From: Macrostomum hystrix
Taxonomy: Eukaryota; Animalia; Platyhelminthes
Direction of reading: 5' to 3'
Assembly (NCBI GenBank): GCA_950097015.1
Contig: CATNEN010000026.1
Location: 372,001 to 436,000, forward strand
Length of the DNA stretch: 64,000 bases
Below the pieces are notes generated by a model, which saw only the letters and a list, made by a program, of their open reading frames with translations, ran no database searches and was not told where the DNA came from. Below, one piece after another: positions 37,779 to 50,500 of this stretch; the stretch's first letter is position 1, and each line of letters opens with the position of its first letter. The translations under genes and the position numbers were made by a program.

Positions 37779-40039
37779 AGCAACTTATCAGCGGGCTGAA
37801 AGTTAAACGTGTACGAGTGTATCAAGGCAAAGATTAATAAACCAAACTCGTGGGAAAAATACATAAAAATGATACAAAGAGATCGAATACAATTAATAAA
37901 CTGTAGCTCTTAATATAATTATTAGGATAACAAAAAATGATCAATTATTTTATCCATTATCAAGTGGGATAAAGTGATAAACATGCTATAATATGAAATT
38001 ATCCAGCAGCTGAATTTCTTTGAACAATTGATTAGATCAGTACATTTATTGGTGCATCATAAAAGGTTAACACCTGCACAAAAAGTAACCTGTGTTAATT
38101 ATTTATTAGCTTAAAAATTAGCTAAAAAGTATTTAGCCATGAAATTATTGCTTTTTTCAATTACTGCAAATGATAACTCAACAACCTTACCATTGTTTAA
38201 ATCAAAACAACAATAATAATTAACATACACAAAAACTACTCAAACAACAGCCTAACTGCTTTAACATCTTGTTTATGCTTTAATTTAAAAGAGAATTAAG
38301 CATAAAGCTGGGTTTTTGGCCAAATTGTTGTTTTTGATCCCAAAAATCATTTGGCACCCTAGAATTGGACTAATTCTGCCAAATTGGAACCCCAATTTTT
38401 AAAGGTACATGTCAATAAACAAAAGCCAGCGAGATAAGAAAGGAGATGGACACTTTGGTGACAAATGGTCATTTTGGTGATGGTTGCTTTGGTGTAAACA
38501 TTTTCTTACAGGTGCATGTTAAGGTTGAAGTGTAATGTTTTAAGCCAATGTGAATTCTTTCATTAACATGTTAATTAATCTGTTAATCTGTTGCATAGCA
38601 TGATCTATAATAATTGCCATGCACAATGGCTTTGTCTTAATCATAGTTATAGCAGGAGAATCTAATTTGAATTGTACACAGACTCTAGTAACTCATTATT
38701 ACAAACTCATTATATTTTATTAGCTTCCAGATTGTGTGACAAATCATTGTAAAGTTTCATAGACATGGTCTTGACTTGGACTGTATAGCATTTTGATTGA
38801 ATGATTGTTAATACATAATTTTTCGAAAATTACTTTTTGGTTACTTTTTTGGTTACTGATTAATCCTAGTAATATTGTCCCATAGGCATTGACAATCATT
38901 ACAATATAGACTGTATGGCTAATTTGACAACTCCTAAAGAAGTAGTTGAAGAACTGACTGGCTTCAGTATTCATAGTATTGCTACTGTTACCCAAGATGA
39001 AAAATGTTTATTCAAAGTTGCCAAACAGTTTGCTCCCTATGAACTACTTCAGGAAGCAATAAGAAAGAATGAATTAGAGTACCATGCTTAGTTGTTTAAA
39101 GCTGATTCCAAAACAATTGAGGCAACATTTTGCCATATTCCAAATAGACATTGAACTCTGCAAAAAAATATTATGAACTTCCAACTATCTGGTTACATAA
39201 TTTCACAAACACTTTTCAAGCTTTTGAAACTGATGAAGCAACAAACCTAATGCAACTCATCACTCCAGTTTGCAATTACTGGATAATGCCACTTTCAAAA
39301 GTCAGAATGAGTGTTATGACATTGTGATGCCTAATTAGGGTAAATCTAAAAAAGGGTACAATAAAAAAATTACATACTGTATGATTCAAGCTGTACAACA
39401 AACACTAAATTCAAGAGTTTTTATGTTATTGCATGTGTAAAGCTGCAAGATAAACCTTTGGAGTTTAAATAAAAAATAGTATATTGATGAAAATCAAGCT
39501 AGGTACAGAACAGTTACTTTATAGAACAGAAAGGAAAGCAAAAAATACAACTAAAATGCAAAAGCATTCTAACTGAATGTTTAGAGCCAATCAAGTTCCT
39601 AAGCTTTCATTACACATAGCACTTGAAAGCACATTGCCCATGTAATATATGTAGGCTAGCAATTATAGCAAAAAGCCACTTAATTATGTTAGTTGGCTTT
39701 ACTTCACTATAGAGAACACATAATATAAAGTGTATTATTATAGTATCAAACAAATAGGTTGGAATCTTATTCTTTCAATACTAGACAACAAAGGTAAAAG
39801 TTATTCTCCCAGTACTAGACAAATAAAATAAATGTTAGGCCTACTCCCCCGGGCCCTGGTACCTGAAAAATAAGGTAGGCCCCTAAATGTTATCAAACAA
39901 ATAAAGGAGTGCCAATTAAAAAAGCAAATCATAATGATAATTAGTATTAGGCTACTTGGTCACCATGTTAGTGACATTTTACCGCACTGTTATGATATGT
40001 TAAAAAAACACTTAAACAAACCTCATTTCAGGCTTGGAC

Positions 40040-40318
40040 CATACATGCGCAACACCCGGCCGACCCGGCCGAACCAGCCGGGTGAAACGAGGGCCAAGCA
40101 AGGTAAGTCGCAAAAACCAATCGACCAAGCGCAAAAAAATCAAAGGGGGGACCAAGGGACAAAAAAGGAAGGCGTGAAGAAAAGGAAAAAGGGGAGAGAA
40201 AAAGAGCAAATGAGAGCAAACTAAGTCGTAAATAGAGCAATGAAACGAACTAAGTCGCAAATGAGAGCAAAAACTAAGTCGCACGGCCGGCTAAGATTTG
40301 GGAGGTTGCGCATGTATG
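40040..40318. mobile_element. MITE family A, copy 1 (TIR CATACATGCGCAAC)
   Basis: Perfect 14-bp TIRs; flanking duplication (g)gcttggac; homologous to 44540-44804 and 44991-45088. Confidence 0.9.
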
Positions 40319-40444
40319 GGCTTGGACTATGTGGTAGACTGTACAATACATAAATACAGTAAAGTTAGCAGTTTTTACAGTGCAGTAAAATTTCGCTAAT
40401 GTCACAAACTATGTAGGTAAAAGATTACTTGAAATTAAATTTAT

Positions 40445-40916
40445 GGTAGTTGTTATTTGTCTGTTTAACCGGACAAATAGCCATTTGATTATTTGTCCGG
40501 TTAATTATTTTACCTTACAAATGATAGAGGTTCTCGTGGTAGTGCTACAACCCCTTATAGTTAATCACTCAAGAGGAAAGCCTATCGAGGAGTTGAAATT
40601 GTGGTCCTCACTGTTGATCCAGGTATTGTCCTTCACTGGTGACCCTGACCCAGTTGACTTTGTAGAAGTATTCAAATGAGTTGCTACAACTTCACGCTTC
40701 AAAGTAACTTAGGTTACTCTTTAGTTGGATAAAAATACAAATCAAACAGACATTAGTTAGATATAAACAATTTGGCTTAAAGGGAAGATCTCTTCCGACA
40801 TGCATAGTTTGGTGCCTTCCTTCTAATGCTGACATTTGGTATGAAATCTAAAATTAACAATAAAATCATTAATCAAATGGCTATTTGTCTGGTTAACCGG
40901 TCAAATAACAACTGCC
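40445..40916. mobile_element. MITE with ~45-bp TIRs starting GG and a 9-bp TSD (Merlin- or Mutator-like)
   Basis: GGTAGTTGTTATTTG.. / ..CAAATAACAACTGCC; TSD TAAATTTAT at 40436-44 and 40917-25. Confidence 0.85.
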
Positions 40917-41525
40917 TAAATTTATAGCTAATTAAATTGCAAAGATAGAACAGAAACAGCTACAACACACAGAAGAGATCGCATCATAAACATGCCAAAA
41001 AATAACAGAGAAAGTCTCAGATAATCAAGACATAGAACTTTGTCTTAGTGATTGCAATTAGGCCTAAATTGGAAATATAAAATAAGAAAAAATGTAAGCA
41101 AATTCACTAAAATTTGAATACTTTGGTTCAAAAACTAACAAACATATGATATAGATCTAACTTAATTTATTGACAAATTTTTTCTATACACTGAGTTCTA
41201 TTTTCTATTTTCTCATAACCGAAAGTTTGCACACAAAAACACACTGTTACGAAAGAGTACAGTTATTAGACCTAAAAAAAATAAATCGCCGTATAAATAA
41301 GCGCACGTAAATATTTCACTAAAGTTCTCACGTTAATATTTGTTTTGTTATGATTACACAAATTAAGTCATTTCTTAGAAAACTAAAATTGTAAGATTGT
41401 AAGATTTTATATAATAATCGAATACTCTTCTTAAGCAAGTATTCTTTCCTTGTTTATCTTAAGCTGTTAGGTCCTATTCGATTATACATATAAAAGTTTT
41501 TCCCATATATTAATTTTACTTGGAA

Positions 41526-44500
41526 ATGTCACAGGCAAAGAAAAAACAGGATGAAAAGAATACAAAAATCTTGCGAGAGCTTGTCTCTCTGCCTGGAAAC
41601 AAGCACTGTTTTGATTGTAATCAACGTGGCCCTACATATGTCAATATGACAATCGGCTCGTTTATCTGCACTGGATGTAGTGGTATTCTGTAAGTTTTTA
41701 TAGTATTTTAGATTTTTTCGCATAAAATTTTAATGTAATTTCTGTACACTAAGCCTAGGCCCTACTTGAGATGCAGATCAAGAAGGAAGTTTGCAACTAG
41801 ACATTGTAGTTTAGTGTATTTGTTTTGACTGAAAAAAACTACAAAATCATAACTAATAAGGCATGTAGGTTTACACAATTTTTGTTGCCCTAAGCAACAT
41901 TTAATTTAATTAACAACTTTCTTTGCTACCACAATTAAATAGCAGAGCTTATTCCCATGGTCCCGTGCCAATAATTTCAATTTTATCCACACAGATCTGT
42001 GCCCATAATTTTCTGCTTATCCACACGGCAGCTTGTATGAATAGGTGTAGAACTCTTTATATAAATATGCTGTGCCATTAATTTTAATTTTATCCACATG
42101 GTTCTGTTCTTTGAAACAAGGCCCTTTCAGGCTTGAACGTTTTGTTGAACCCTCGAGCCAATAGATCAACAAAGTTGCCAGTGTGTTACTACTGTGTTAG
42201 GCTACATTTTGACATACACATTCACTAACCGACATTAATGTCATCCTTTTTAGTTATTGTAATAACAACTTACTAAATATTTTGTCATCGTTACATGTTT
42301 TCATTCGAATTGTATTGACTTAAAAAGTAAGAAGTCTATCTATCAAAGAAAATAATACGAGTCAACCAGTAGAATTCTAGTCAGCACCAAACTCGTCACA
42401 CATATTATCACACATCACTGTTATTATTTTACACTATGTATCGATAGTGTACACTATATACTATACTCTGAAGCAAAAGCCTTATGCTCAGAGAAGAATA
42501 GGTAGGGACTTGAAAGTAGACCTATTCATACAAGCTGCCATGTGGATAAGCAGAAAATTATCTGCATGGATCCGTGTGGATAAAATTGAAATTATTGGCA
42601 CGGGACCATGGGAATAAGCACTTCCCAATTAAATACCTAAACCCAATGAAGTTTTTAATTGATGTAGCAGTGTGTGACTTTAGCATTAGCTTTAGCTTTC
42701 ATGGATGATTGTGTTGTTTGCCATGCTGTTGTTACACGCTTACAACTAGGCCCTAACAAGTTAACATGCTGTTTTACAGGTTGACAGATGCAACCATTGG
42801 CAATGTTTGAAAATGTTTGGTTCTAGCTATATGTATTTATATGCTACTTCTTAGTTCCAAAACTTTCAGAAAAATCCTAGCATTTTAACAAATTATAACT
42901 TATATGCATTAACATAACTTTTTGATACAAAGCTTGATGACAATTAGTTATTCTGACTAATGCCTATGTTAGCAGATGAATAGACTAATTATATATTGGG
43001 AGAAAAAACAACTATATTGTATATTAGCAGATAAAAAAGTGGCAAACAAAATGAACCTCAATATTATTAATATGTTAGGTAATAGACTAACATGGTAACA
43101 GCCCACTTTGGCAACAAACTATTATTACCACTTTGAAATTGGTAAGACAGTTTAAATAACAAATGATTTTATCTGATCTGATTCTGATCTGATTGTATCT
43201 GCTTTGTATTTTTATTTAAGTAAAAATGTATTAGTAATTTCTTTTTGGGTTTACGAATGAAATTGAAAAAAATGAATGGACAAAATAGCTAGGCACAGAT
43301 TTAGTACAAATTTTCTGAGATATTTTAGAAAAATGTGATAATAACAAAAAAATTCCAAGGTATATACCATAGTAAGACCATGCTATGTGTTTGCCAAAAG
43401 CCATCTCAAATTATATTGAGGGCCAAAAAGAACTATAGAATTACCGTATATCTCTTTTATCCTGGGGTTGCAATAGTGTCTTTTTGGCAATGGGTTTGTA
43501 TAAAATTATAGAGTGTAAAGTTACCAATCCAAATTATTATTTTTTAGCAACAAGCAAACTTTCCACTAGAAGCTAAAATGCTAAAGCCATTGTATAATAA
43601 TTGTACACTGACATTTTTGCAAGAAGTTTCCATTATTATAGTTAATGTAACATTTACTATTAACACTATTGATGTAGGATCTCTGTGAAAAAAACTCATT
43701 AAGAGACTATTCCCATCAAAATGTATGTCAAACCAAAACAAATTACATGTACCTTTTATCAAGGAGTCCATAAAGATATATATTTTATTTAATTCATTAC
43801 TTTTTAGTGATTGGTATCAATTATGCTAATAATTGTATTCATAGTCAATTTCCATTTGAAAATAAAAAATTCTTGAAGCATAGCAAATTGAAAAAGTATA
43901 TAGTTTAGGCATAGCTTAAGAGTAAGTAAACAGTAAAGACAAAGCTTATAAAGTCAGAGAAGATATCCCTGCTTCACATACTAATCATAATTTCATAATT
44001 TTTGTCATGCAAGAGAGGAACTTCTCATATAAATGGAAATGGCAAGGAGAAATAATTTGAACTATAGATAAAAAAGACAATAAATTCAGCTTTAAATCAA
44101 ACTGAAAAAACTATAAATTGATGGAGTCTTAAAAATCTCATGATCATGGATACAATCATACAAACTGGACATTGAGTAACTAATAAAAGTATGAGTACAA
44201 ATTATGTTGACCATTTTTTTTTCTTGCAAATAACAATTGTAAATATATGACCTCCTGTGACTTTATGCATTCTTTTGTTCTACAATGCCTACCAGAAAGG
44301 TGTAAATATATGATCTCCTGTAAATATATGCCTCAAAAGAATAGTAACTAACAGTGGCGTATGCTGGAATTTAGTTTGGGGGGATAACCAGCAGAAATAA
44401 AAACATACCGGACTAAATAATGTCCTCTAGGCCTCTAGGAATTGACTAAGTACAATAAGTACATGTTTTCTTGTGCTATTTATTTTGTATCCTTGCTTTA

Positions 44501-47500
44501 ATTAATAGACGAACTAAACCCGTTGGAAAATTACACGTTCATACATGTGCAACACCCGGCCAGTTCGGCCGGGTGAAACAAGGGTCAAGCAAGGTAAGTT
44601 GCAAAAACCAATCGACCAAGGGCAAAAAAGGAAGGCGTGAAGAAAAGGAAAAAGGGGAGAGAAGAAGAGAGCAAATGAGAGCAAACTAAGTCGTAAATAG
44701 AGCAAGGAAACGAACTATGTCACAAATGAGAGCAAACTAAGTCGTAAATAGAGCAAAAACTAAGTCGCATGGCCAGCTAAGATTTGGGAGGTTGCGCATG
44801 TATGTACACATTATACCCCATAGAACTATACATTGAATGAATAATAATAAAGTAGCTAGCCTGTAGTACATGCACACTGTAGATGTAGTAAATGTATTGC
44901 AGTTTAAAATTATATTGCATCTTGAATTTTTTATTGTCAATCATATATGATATTTCAGCAAATTGCTAAAACAGTATTGAAAATGGAAATCATACATGCG
45001 CAACCTCCCAAATCTTATACCTTAGACCTCATACCTTGCTTGGCCCTCATTTCACCCGGCCAGGTTGGCCGGGTGTTGCGCATGTATGATGGAAATTAAA
45101 AATGTAAAATAGTTAAAAACTTATAGTTGCTTAAGTAGATTAGATCGTAGGCGTCGGTCTTTTAAAGCAAAAATATTGATTGTCTCATCTACGTCCACGT
45201 CAATTTGCTTGTCGACAAACATTAGGGCGAGTCCAGTCAAACGCTCCTGGCCAGAAGTTGACCGGAGATAATTTTTTAAGTACTTCAGCGTCGAAAAGCT
45301 TCGCTCAGCAGTTGCTGTGGAGACAGGAAGTGTTGCGAATATTTGAAGCACTCGATAAATGTTAGGAAAGAATGCTGCCTTGCAACGATGAAGAGCATCA
45401 ATTACATTGTGCGGGCAATCAGCAACATCCTTCGACTTTCAATACTGCTGCCAAGTGGCGAAATCATGACGAACGTCGTCAATCGTCACAGCAGGCAACA
45501 ACTGATGGTTTAAATAACGCTCGAATGTGCCAAAGAGGTCGTCGAAGGTAACTGTCTCGGGATCGCAGGCAAAAAACGGCAATACATTACTAAGTTTTGC
45601 AAGTGCTTTGCTCTGCTTGTTATAACGGTCGTTAAGTGTCTGAACGAATCTATTTATGAATGGACGAAAGACAGTGGCCTCAAACTCGAACTGACCCTGG
45701 CCATTTTCATTTGGAAGCTGATTAAGTTGCATTGACTCCCGCAAACCCATAGCTTCTTGGCAGATTTTTTCAGCGCTAACAACTCGGCCAACCGACTCAG
45801 GACTGTCACTGGCAGCTACCCAAGATTGCATAGTCTTTTTTAGACACTCGATCTGTTTGAAAAAAGAAATTTCGAACGGTTACAATAATTAGCTTAAAAT
45901 AGCTAGCTATTTCTTCACAAGTAAAGCATAAGTATAAGCACTTGCCTGGATCCAGCAATCACTCAAACTAATTGAACTTTGCTGCAAGCTCCCAGCAACT
46001 GGGGCGGAGAGACTGAAAACATGTTTCAGAAGGATCATACAAGTTACGAAAGTAGGTTGAGCAATGGCGGCTAGAAATGCAATGGCTTTTCCACGCGTGT
46101 CGGCATCGTCTGTTGATGATAGCTGGCGTAGCGCCAATAGTAAAGCAGGAAACAGTTCTGCAAATCGCATGCCAGCGTCAAGGCGCTCCATCCAGCGCGT
46201 GTCGATCATTCTCTACAAAGAATACATACACGAATTTATAGAAAAAAAGTTTTATAAAAAATATCATAAAAAATTATCGCATACTTGCAGCGTTTGCACT
46301 CTCGCATCTGGCAGAACTTCCTTGACTTTCCGCTTGAAACAGTCCTCTCGCTTGGTCGTGCGAAAGAAGGCTGCAACTGAGCCCATCACGGAGATCGCAT
46401 CTTGCATAGCAGTCTCTTTTGCTGCATGGTTGATGGCCAAATTAAGCCCGTGAGACACACAGGGAAAATAGTCGGCTAGAGCAAATTGTGGGCCATATTT
46501 GGAGCGGATAATATTTTGAACGCCTTTTGTCTCACCGGACATGTTAGGAGCGCCATCATATGCCTGGCCTACAACTTTTGCTTTTATGCCCACCTTCTGC
46601 AGGTAAGAAACGATGGCATCTTCAATCGAGCTGCCAGTTGTTTGAATCAAATCAACAAAGCCTAGAAAGCATTCCTTTATTCCATGCTTTGAGCCATTGT
46701 CCTGATGGACATACCGAACAGAAATTGATAGCTGCTTGGTTCTAGAGGAATCCAGAGTTTCATCCGCCATTATTGTGATCATGTCGGCGTCATTTGCTTC
46801 CTTGACTGCATTCTGCAAGATTTGCTGACCAATGCAGGCATTAGCTCGTTTTGCACTGGAGCTCCTACATAGGTAGCACTACGGTTTTTGGGGTTGTTGA
46901 GATGTTCCGCCAATGCCTTATCACCTGAGGATGCCTTAAACTGTAAAAGAGCTCGAAAATTTCCCTCATTGCAGTCAATTGCAACATCAGATGATGGACA
47001 ACGGAGTGGCTTCTCCTCACGATGTCCCCTAAGAGCCAATCCAAGCCGGCCACAAAGCAGGATAGTTGATATGATAGGTCGCAGGCGGCATCGATTTTCA
47101 GCAATCTCGGCTGCAAGAGCTTCATTTTGGCGCTCTTGGATGCTTGGCTGCTTTTGCTCTTGGATGAAGACAAAATTTGTGGCCCTCTCCTCACAAAGCT
47201 GGTGATAATTTGTCTTTATATGTGCCCTAACACCCCTTCCATCTTCAAAGAAATGTTTGTAATCTTTAAAAGCACAAAAGACGAACTTGGTGTTCTGAGA
47301 AATGCTTCCTGCACCATCCTGCTCAGTAGTAGCAGCACCGACAAAAAAGTCCACCCAGCTTCTCAGAGAAGGCAACATTCGCATTTCTGGCCGTTCCATT
47401 TGTGCAGATTTTAAGCGGAAGACATTTTGACGACCAGATTGCTTTTTTGTGTGGCATAGACGATGTTAGTAGGTTTGTGGTAGTGCAGAAGGAATCGTAA

Positions 47501-50500
47501 TTTGTCTTGATCTGATAGTTCTTGATCAGCTTCAATTGCAAGCCCAATATCGTTTGGATGCCACTTCAATTGTTCTTGACCATCAACATCTTGGGGTTCT
47601 TGCTGCTGACCACCGTCATCTTGGGGTTCTTGCTGCTGACCACAATCATCTTGGGGTTCTTGCTGCTGCTGACTACAATCATCTTGGGTTAAGCCCGTGA
47701 GACACACAGGGAAAATAGTCGGCTAGAGCAAATTGTGGGCCATATTTGGAGCGGATAATAAGAAACGATGGCATCTGCAATCGAGCTGCCAGTTGTTTGA
47801 ATCAAATCAACAAAGCCTAGAAAGCATTCCTTTATTCCATGCTTTGAGCCATTGTCCTGATGGGGTTCGACAATGTCGAATGTCGGCTGCTGACCAACAT
47901 TGTCTTGCTGGTTTGACACCCTTATCTTTGACCACCTACTTGTTGCAGAAGCTGGTCATGCCCTCGGTATGAAAAATCCGACGTATTTGCTTGGCACAAT
48001 TGACGCGAGCAACCTTGTTCTCCTCGGAGAGAACATGCGGGACCCACACGGCAGACACATTGCGAAGTTGCAGGTCTTCAGTCAATATTTCATGCACTGT
48101 TGATTCCCCAACCTCCAAGAAGTCAGCAAGATCTCTGACACTCACTTTTGGGTCTTCTTTCACGAGATTTCTGCAGGTCTCGATCAGCTCTGGTGTTCTC
48201 GTCGATCTCGGCCGGCCAGTACGGGCAGCTTGGGCCAGTGGGTACGACTCGTCACGGAACCTTGTGTACCATCGGTACACTGACGACAGACCAGGCGCCA
48301 CATCTCCATGCACTTTCAGCAGTTCTCCATGGCAATCAGGAGCAGATATACCAAGCTTATACCTGGTATAAGCATAAGCTTGAAACTCGTCCATCTCAAA
48401 GCAGCAGCAAGGATCAATGAAGAAAAAAGTAACTATAGATGCTTGCTTTGCCTCTGCGTTGCAGTGGCCTAGACTTCTAAGTTATAACCATCAGCCTTAC
48501 CCCCAAATTTGAAGCTAGAATCTAGCTCTTTCAGCCATAGACATATATTAAGTCAAGTGTACAGTATCTTGTCAATAGCTTGTGTCTACACTTGTGGCTC
48601 TTAGCCAAAACAAATTAAGCTAAGGCGGTGAACTTGTATTTCTCTTAGCAGGGTTAAGAAGGGGAGCCTTGGCCCCCGTGGTCGGCTTTATTTAATTGAG
48701 CTGGTACAGTTAATCTATGGGAAAAAGGGAAGGCTAGTATCCTAGTATTCTTGGTGGAACAAGTGGGGTTGTCTATGGAAATAAAAGAAAGTTAGAGTCG
48801 TAACTAAGTCTGAAATAAAAGTTCGTTTTAGACGCTACAAACACTCCCCCCCTCAACGAGTAAGAACAGTTACATTGTCATTAAAATGGACGCGTTTTAT
48901 GGGGCGTTGTTGCACTTGAAAAACTGGGCTTATAACAGGGTTTGAATTGGTCATTGAGCGCGTCTGGGGTGCAGGATCTGGCAGACGTGCCGGTTTGATG
49001 CGTTCGATTGATACCACTTGAGGTTTGCCCTTGATATCCAGGGTCATTGTGTCAGCGGAACGGTGGACGACCTTGAAAGGGCCCTGATATGGTGCTTCCA
49101 ATGGTTTTCTCACGCGATCTAATCGTGAAAGTAGTTAGAATAACACATTCTCATGACTTTCCGGACACCCGAAGTAGTCTTATTTTGCACTATTTTCAAA
49201 GAAAGCATAAGGGCCAAAGCAAATGTTTTAAACTATACTTGTGATATGTTAAAATGATCAACTTATCATGTAAAATGTATTAGAAAAAAAGTAAAGCAAA
49301 ACCCTGTCTCTGTAAGCCAGAATCGTTTTTGTTCGGTTTGAAGATGCCAGAAATTTTTATGAAAAATTAAGCACTAAATAGTGAATAACACATTTCATTC
49401 ATAACCACTAAAACTATATAATGTGGGGTGTTATTTTAAAGATAGACTTGTTTGAAACAACTTTGAATGAATAGATTTGCTTTGTACCATAAAGTATTTA
49501 AAGGTATTAAAGAGTATATTGTAAATTAGTTCACATAATTAAAAACATGACGTTCTTGTTCGGTTGATGATATTGATGCTTTACCCTATCTGTTAAGTCT
49601 TACAGTGCTTTTTAATTCTTGTCTTGACCAGACAATACAATGGAGGCAAAGATGCAGATTTGCAGACTCTTCACGCTGCAGTTGCACACTCTGCAGTGTA
49701 CAGTGCAGTCTGCATAGCAGGCAGAGTGGCAGACACAGATAGGCCCATCCACAGGGTCGCAATGTCGAATAAAAATTATTTTCCTAGAAAATCATACAAG
49801 TCAAACATCAAACGAAGTCAATTACTAAACGACATGACACGAACCAAGTCACGACCGACAGTCTGAACTGACACTGTCATTTGTCAAACAGGCATGAATA
49901 ACACTTTGAATACCAATCAAACAATAAAAATTAGACAAAATATAATCCTAGCTGTAACTCCCACCAAAAATATTCGACCCAAATTTTAAGAAATGGGGGG
50001 GATATATCCCCGTATCCCCCCCAGCATACGCCCCTGGTAACTAATAAGATCACAATACAAATTTAAGTACATTTTCTGGGCAGCAACCAATTTTTCTAGG
50101 CATTCACCAATTGCATCCTGCAAAAGTGATATCTTTTTGACAGAGAAAATGTTTCACAAGTTTAGCCATTTTCTTTGTTCTCATTGTCAGTGGTCTTTGA
50201 AGCCTTGTTGGTAACAATCCTCCGTCTTGTTGGTCTCTTGGTTTGTCTGTTGGCAGCCTTGTTGGTCCTTTTGGTCTTGCTCCCTTGCTCATTGGTCCTT
50301 TTTGATCCCTTGCTCATTGATCTCTTCTTAGAGGTCAATCTTCTTTTCTAATTCAGAAAATTAACTTTTTTATTAATTTGATGGTAATGCTGTTTTTTTA
50401 ATCGCATTCGCCAGCCGCGGCCTGAATCCGCCGCACCGCGTCAAGTCCATCTCTATGGCCAGCTTCACGCCTGAGGAGATGGAGTTTCTTAAATCACGCG

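Larger units (their letters stand above)
44352..50036 (-). mobile_element. 5.7-kb hAT element (Tip100/ZMYM1-like) with nested insertions, AGFG1 intron 1
   Basis: TIRs CAGTGGCGTATGCTGG / CCAGCATACGCCCCTG; 8-bp TSD GTAACTAA at 44344-51 and 50037-44. Confidence 0.92.

Noticed and set aside
43544-43771. Short ORF in AT-rich intron DNA
   Set aside because: No motif or splice support; possibly an old remnant but not assignable.
48645-48660. TTAA-CCCT piggyBac-like terminus on the minus strand
   Set aside because: No partner end was found, and it falls inside the predicted LTR.
50104-50300. Lys/Arg-rich low-complexity minus-strand reading next to the hAT
   Set aside because: Short, repetitive, and outside the TSD-defined element; no homology recognised.
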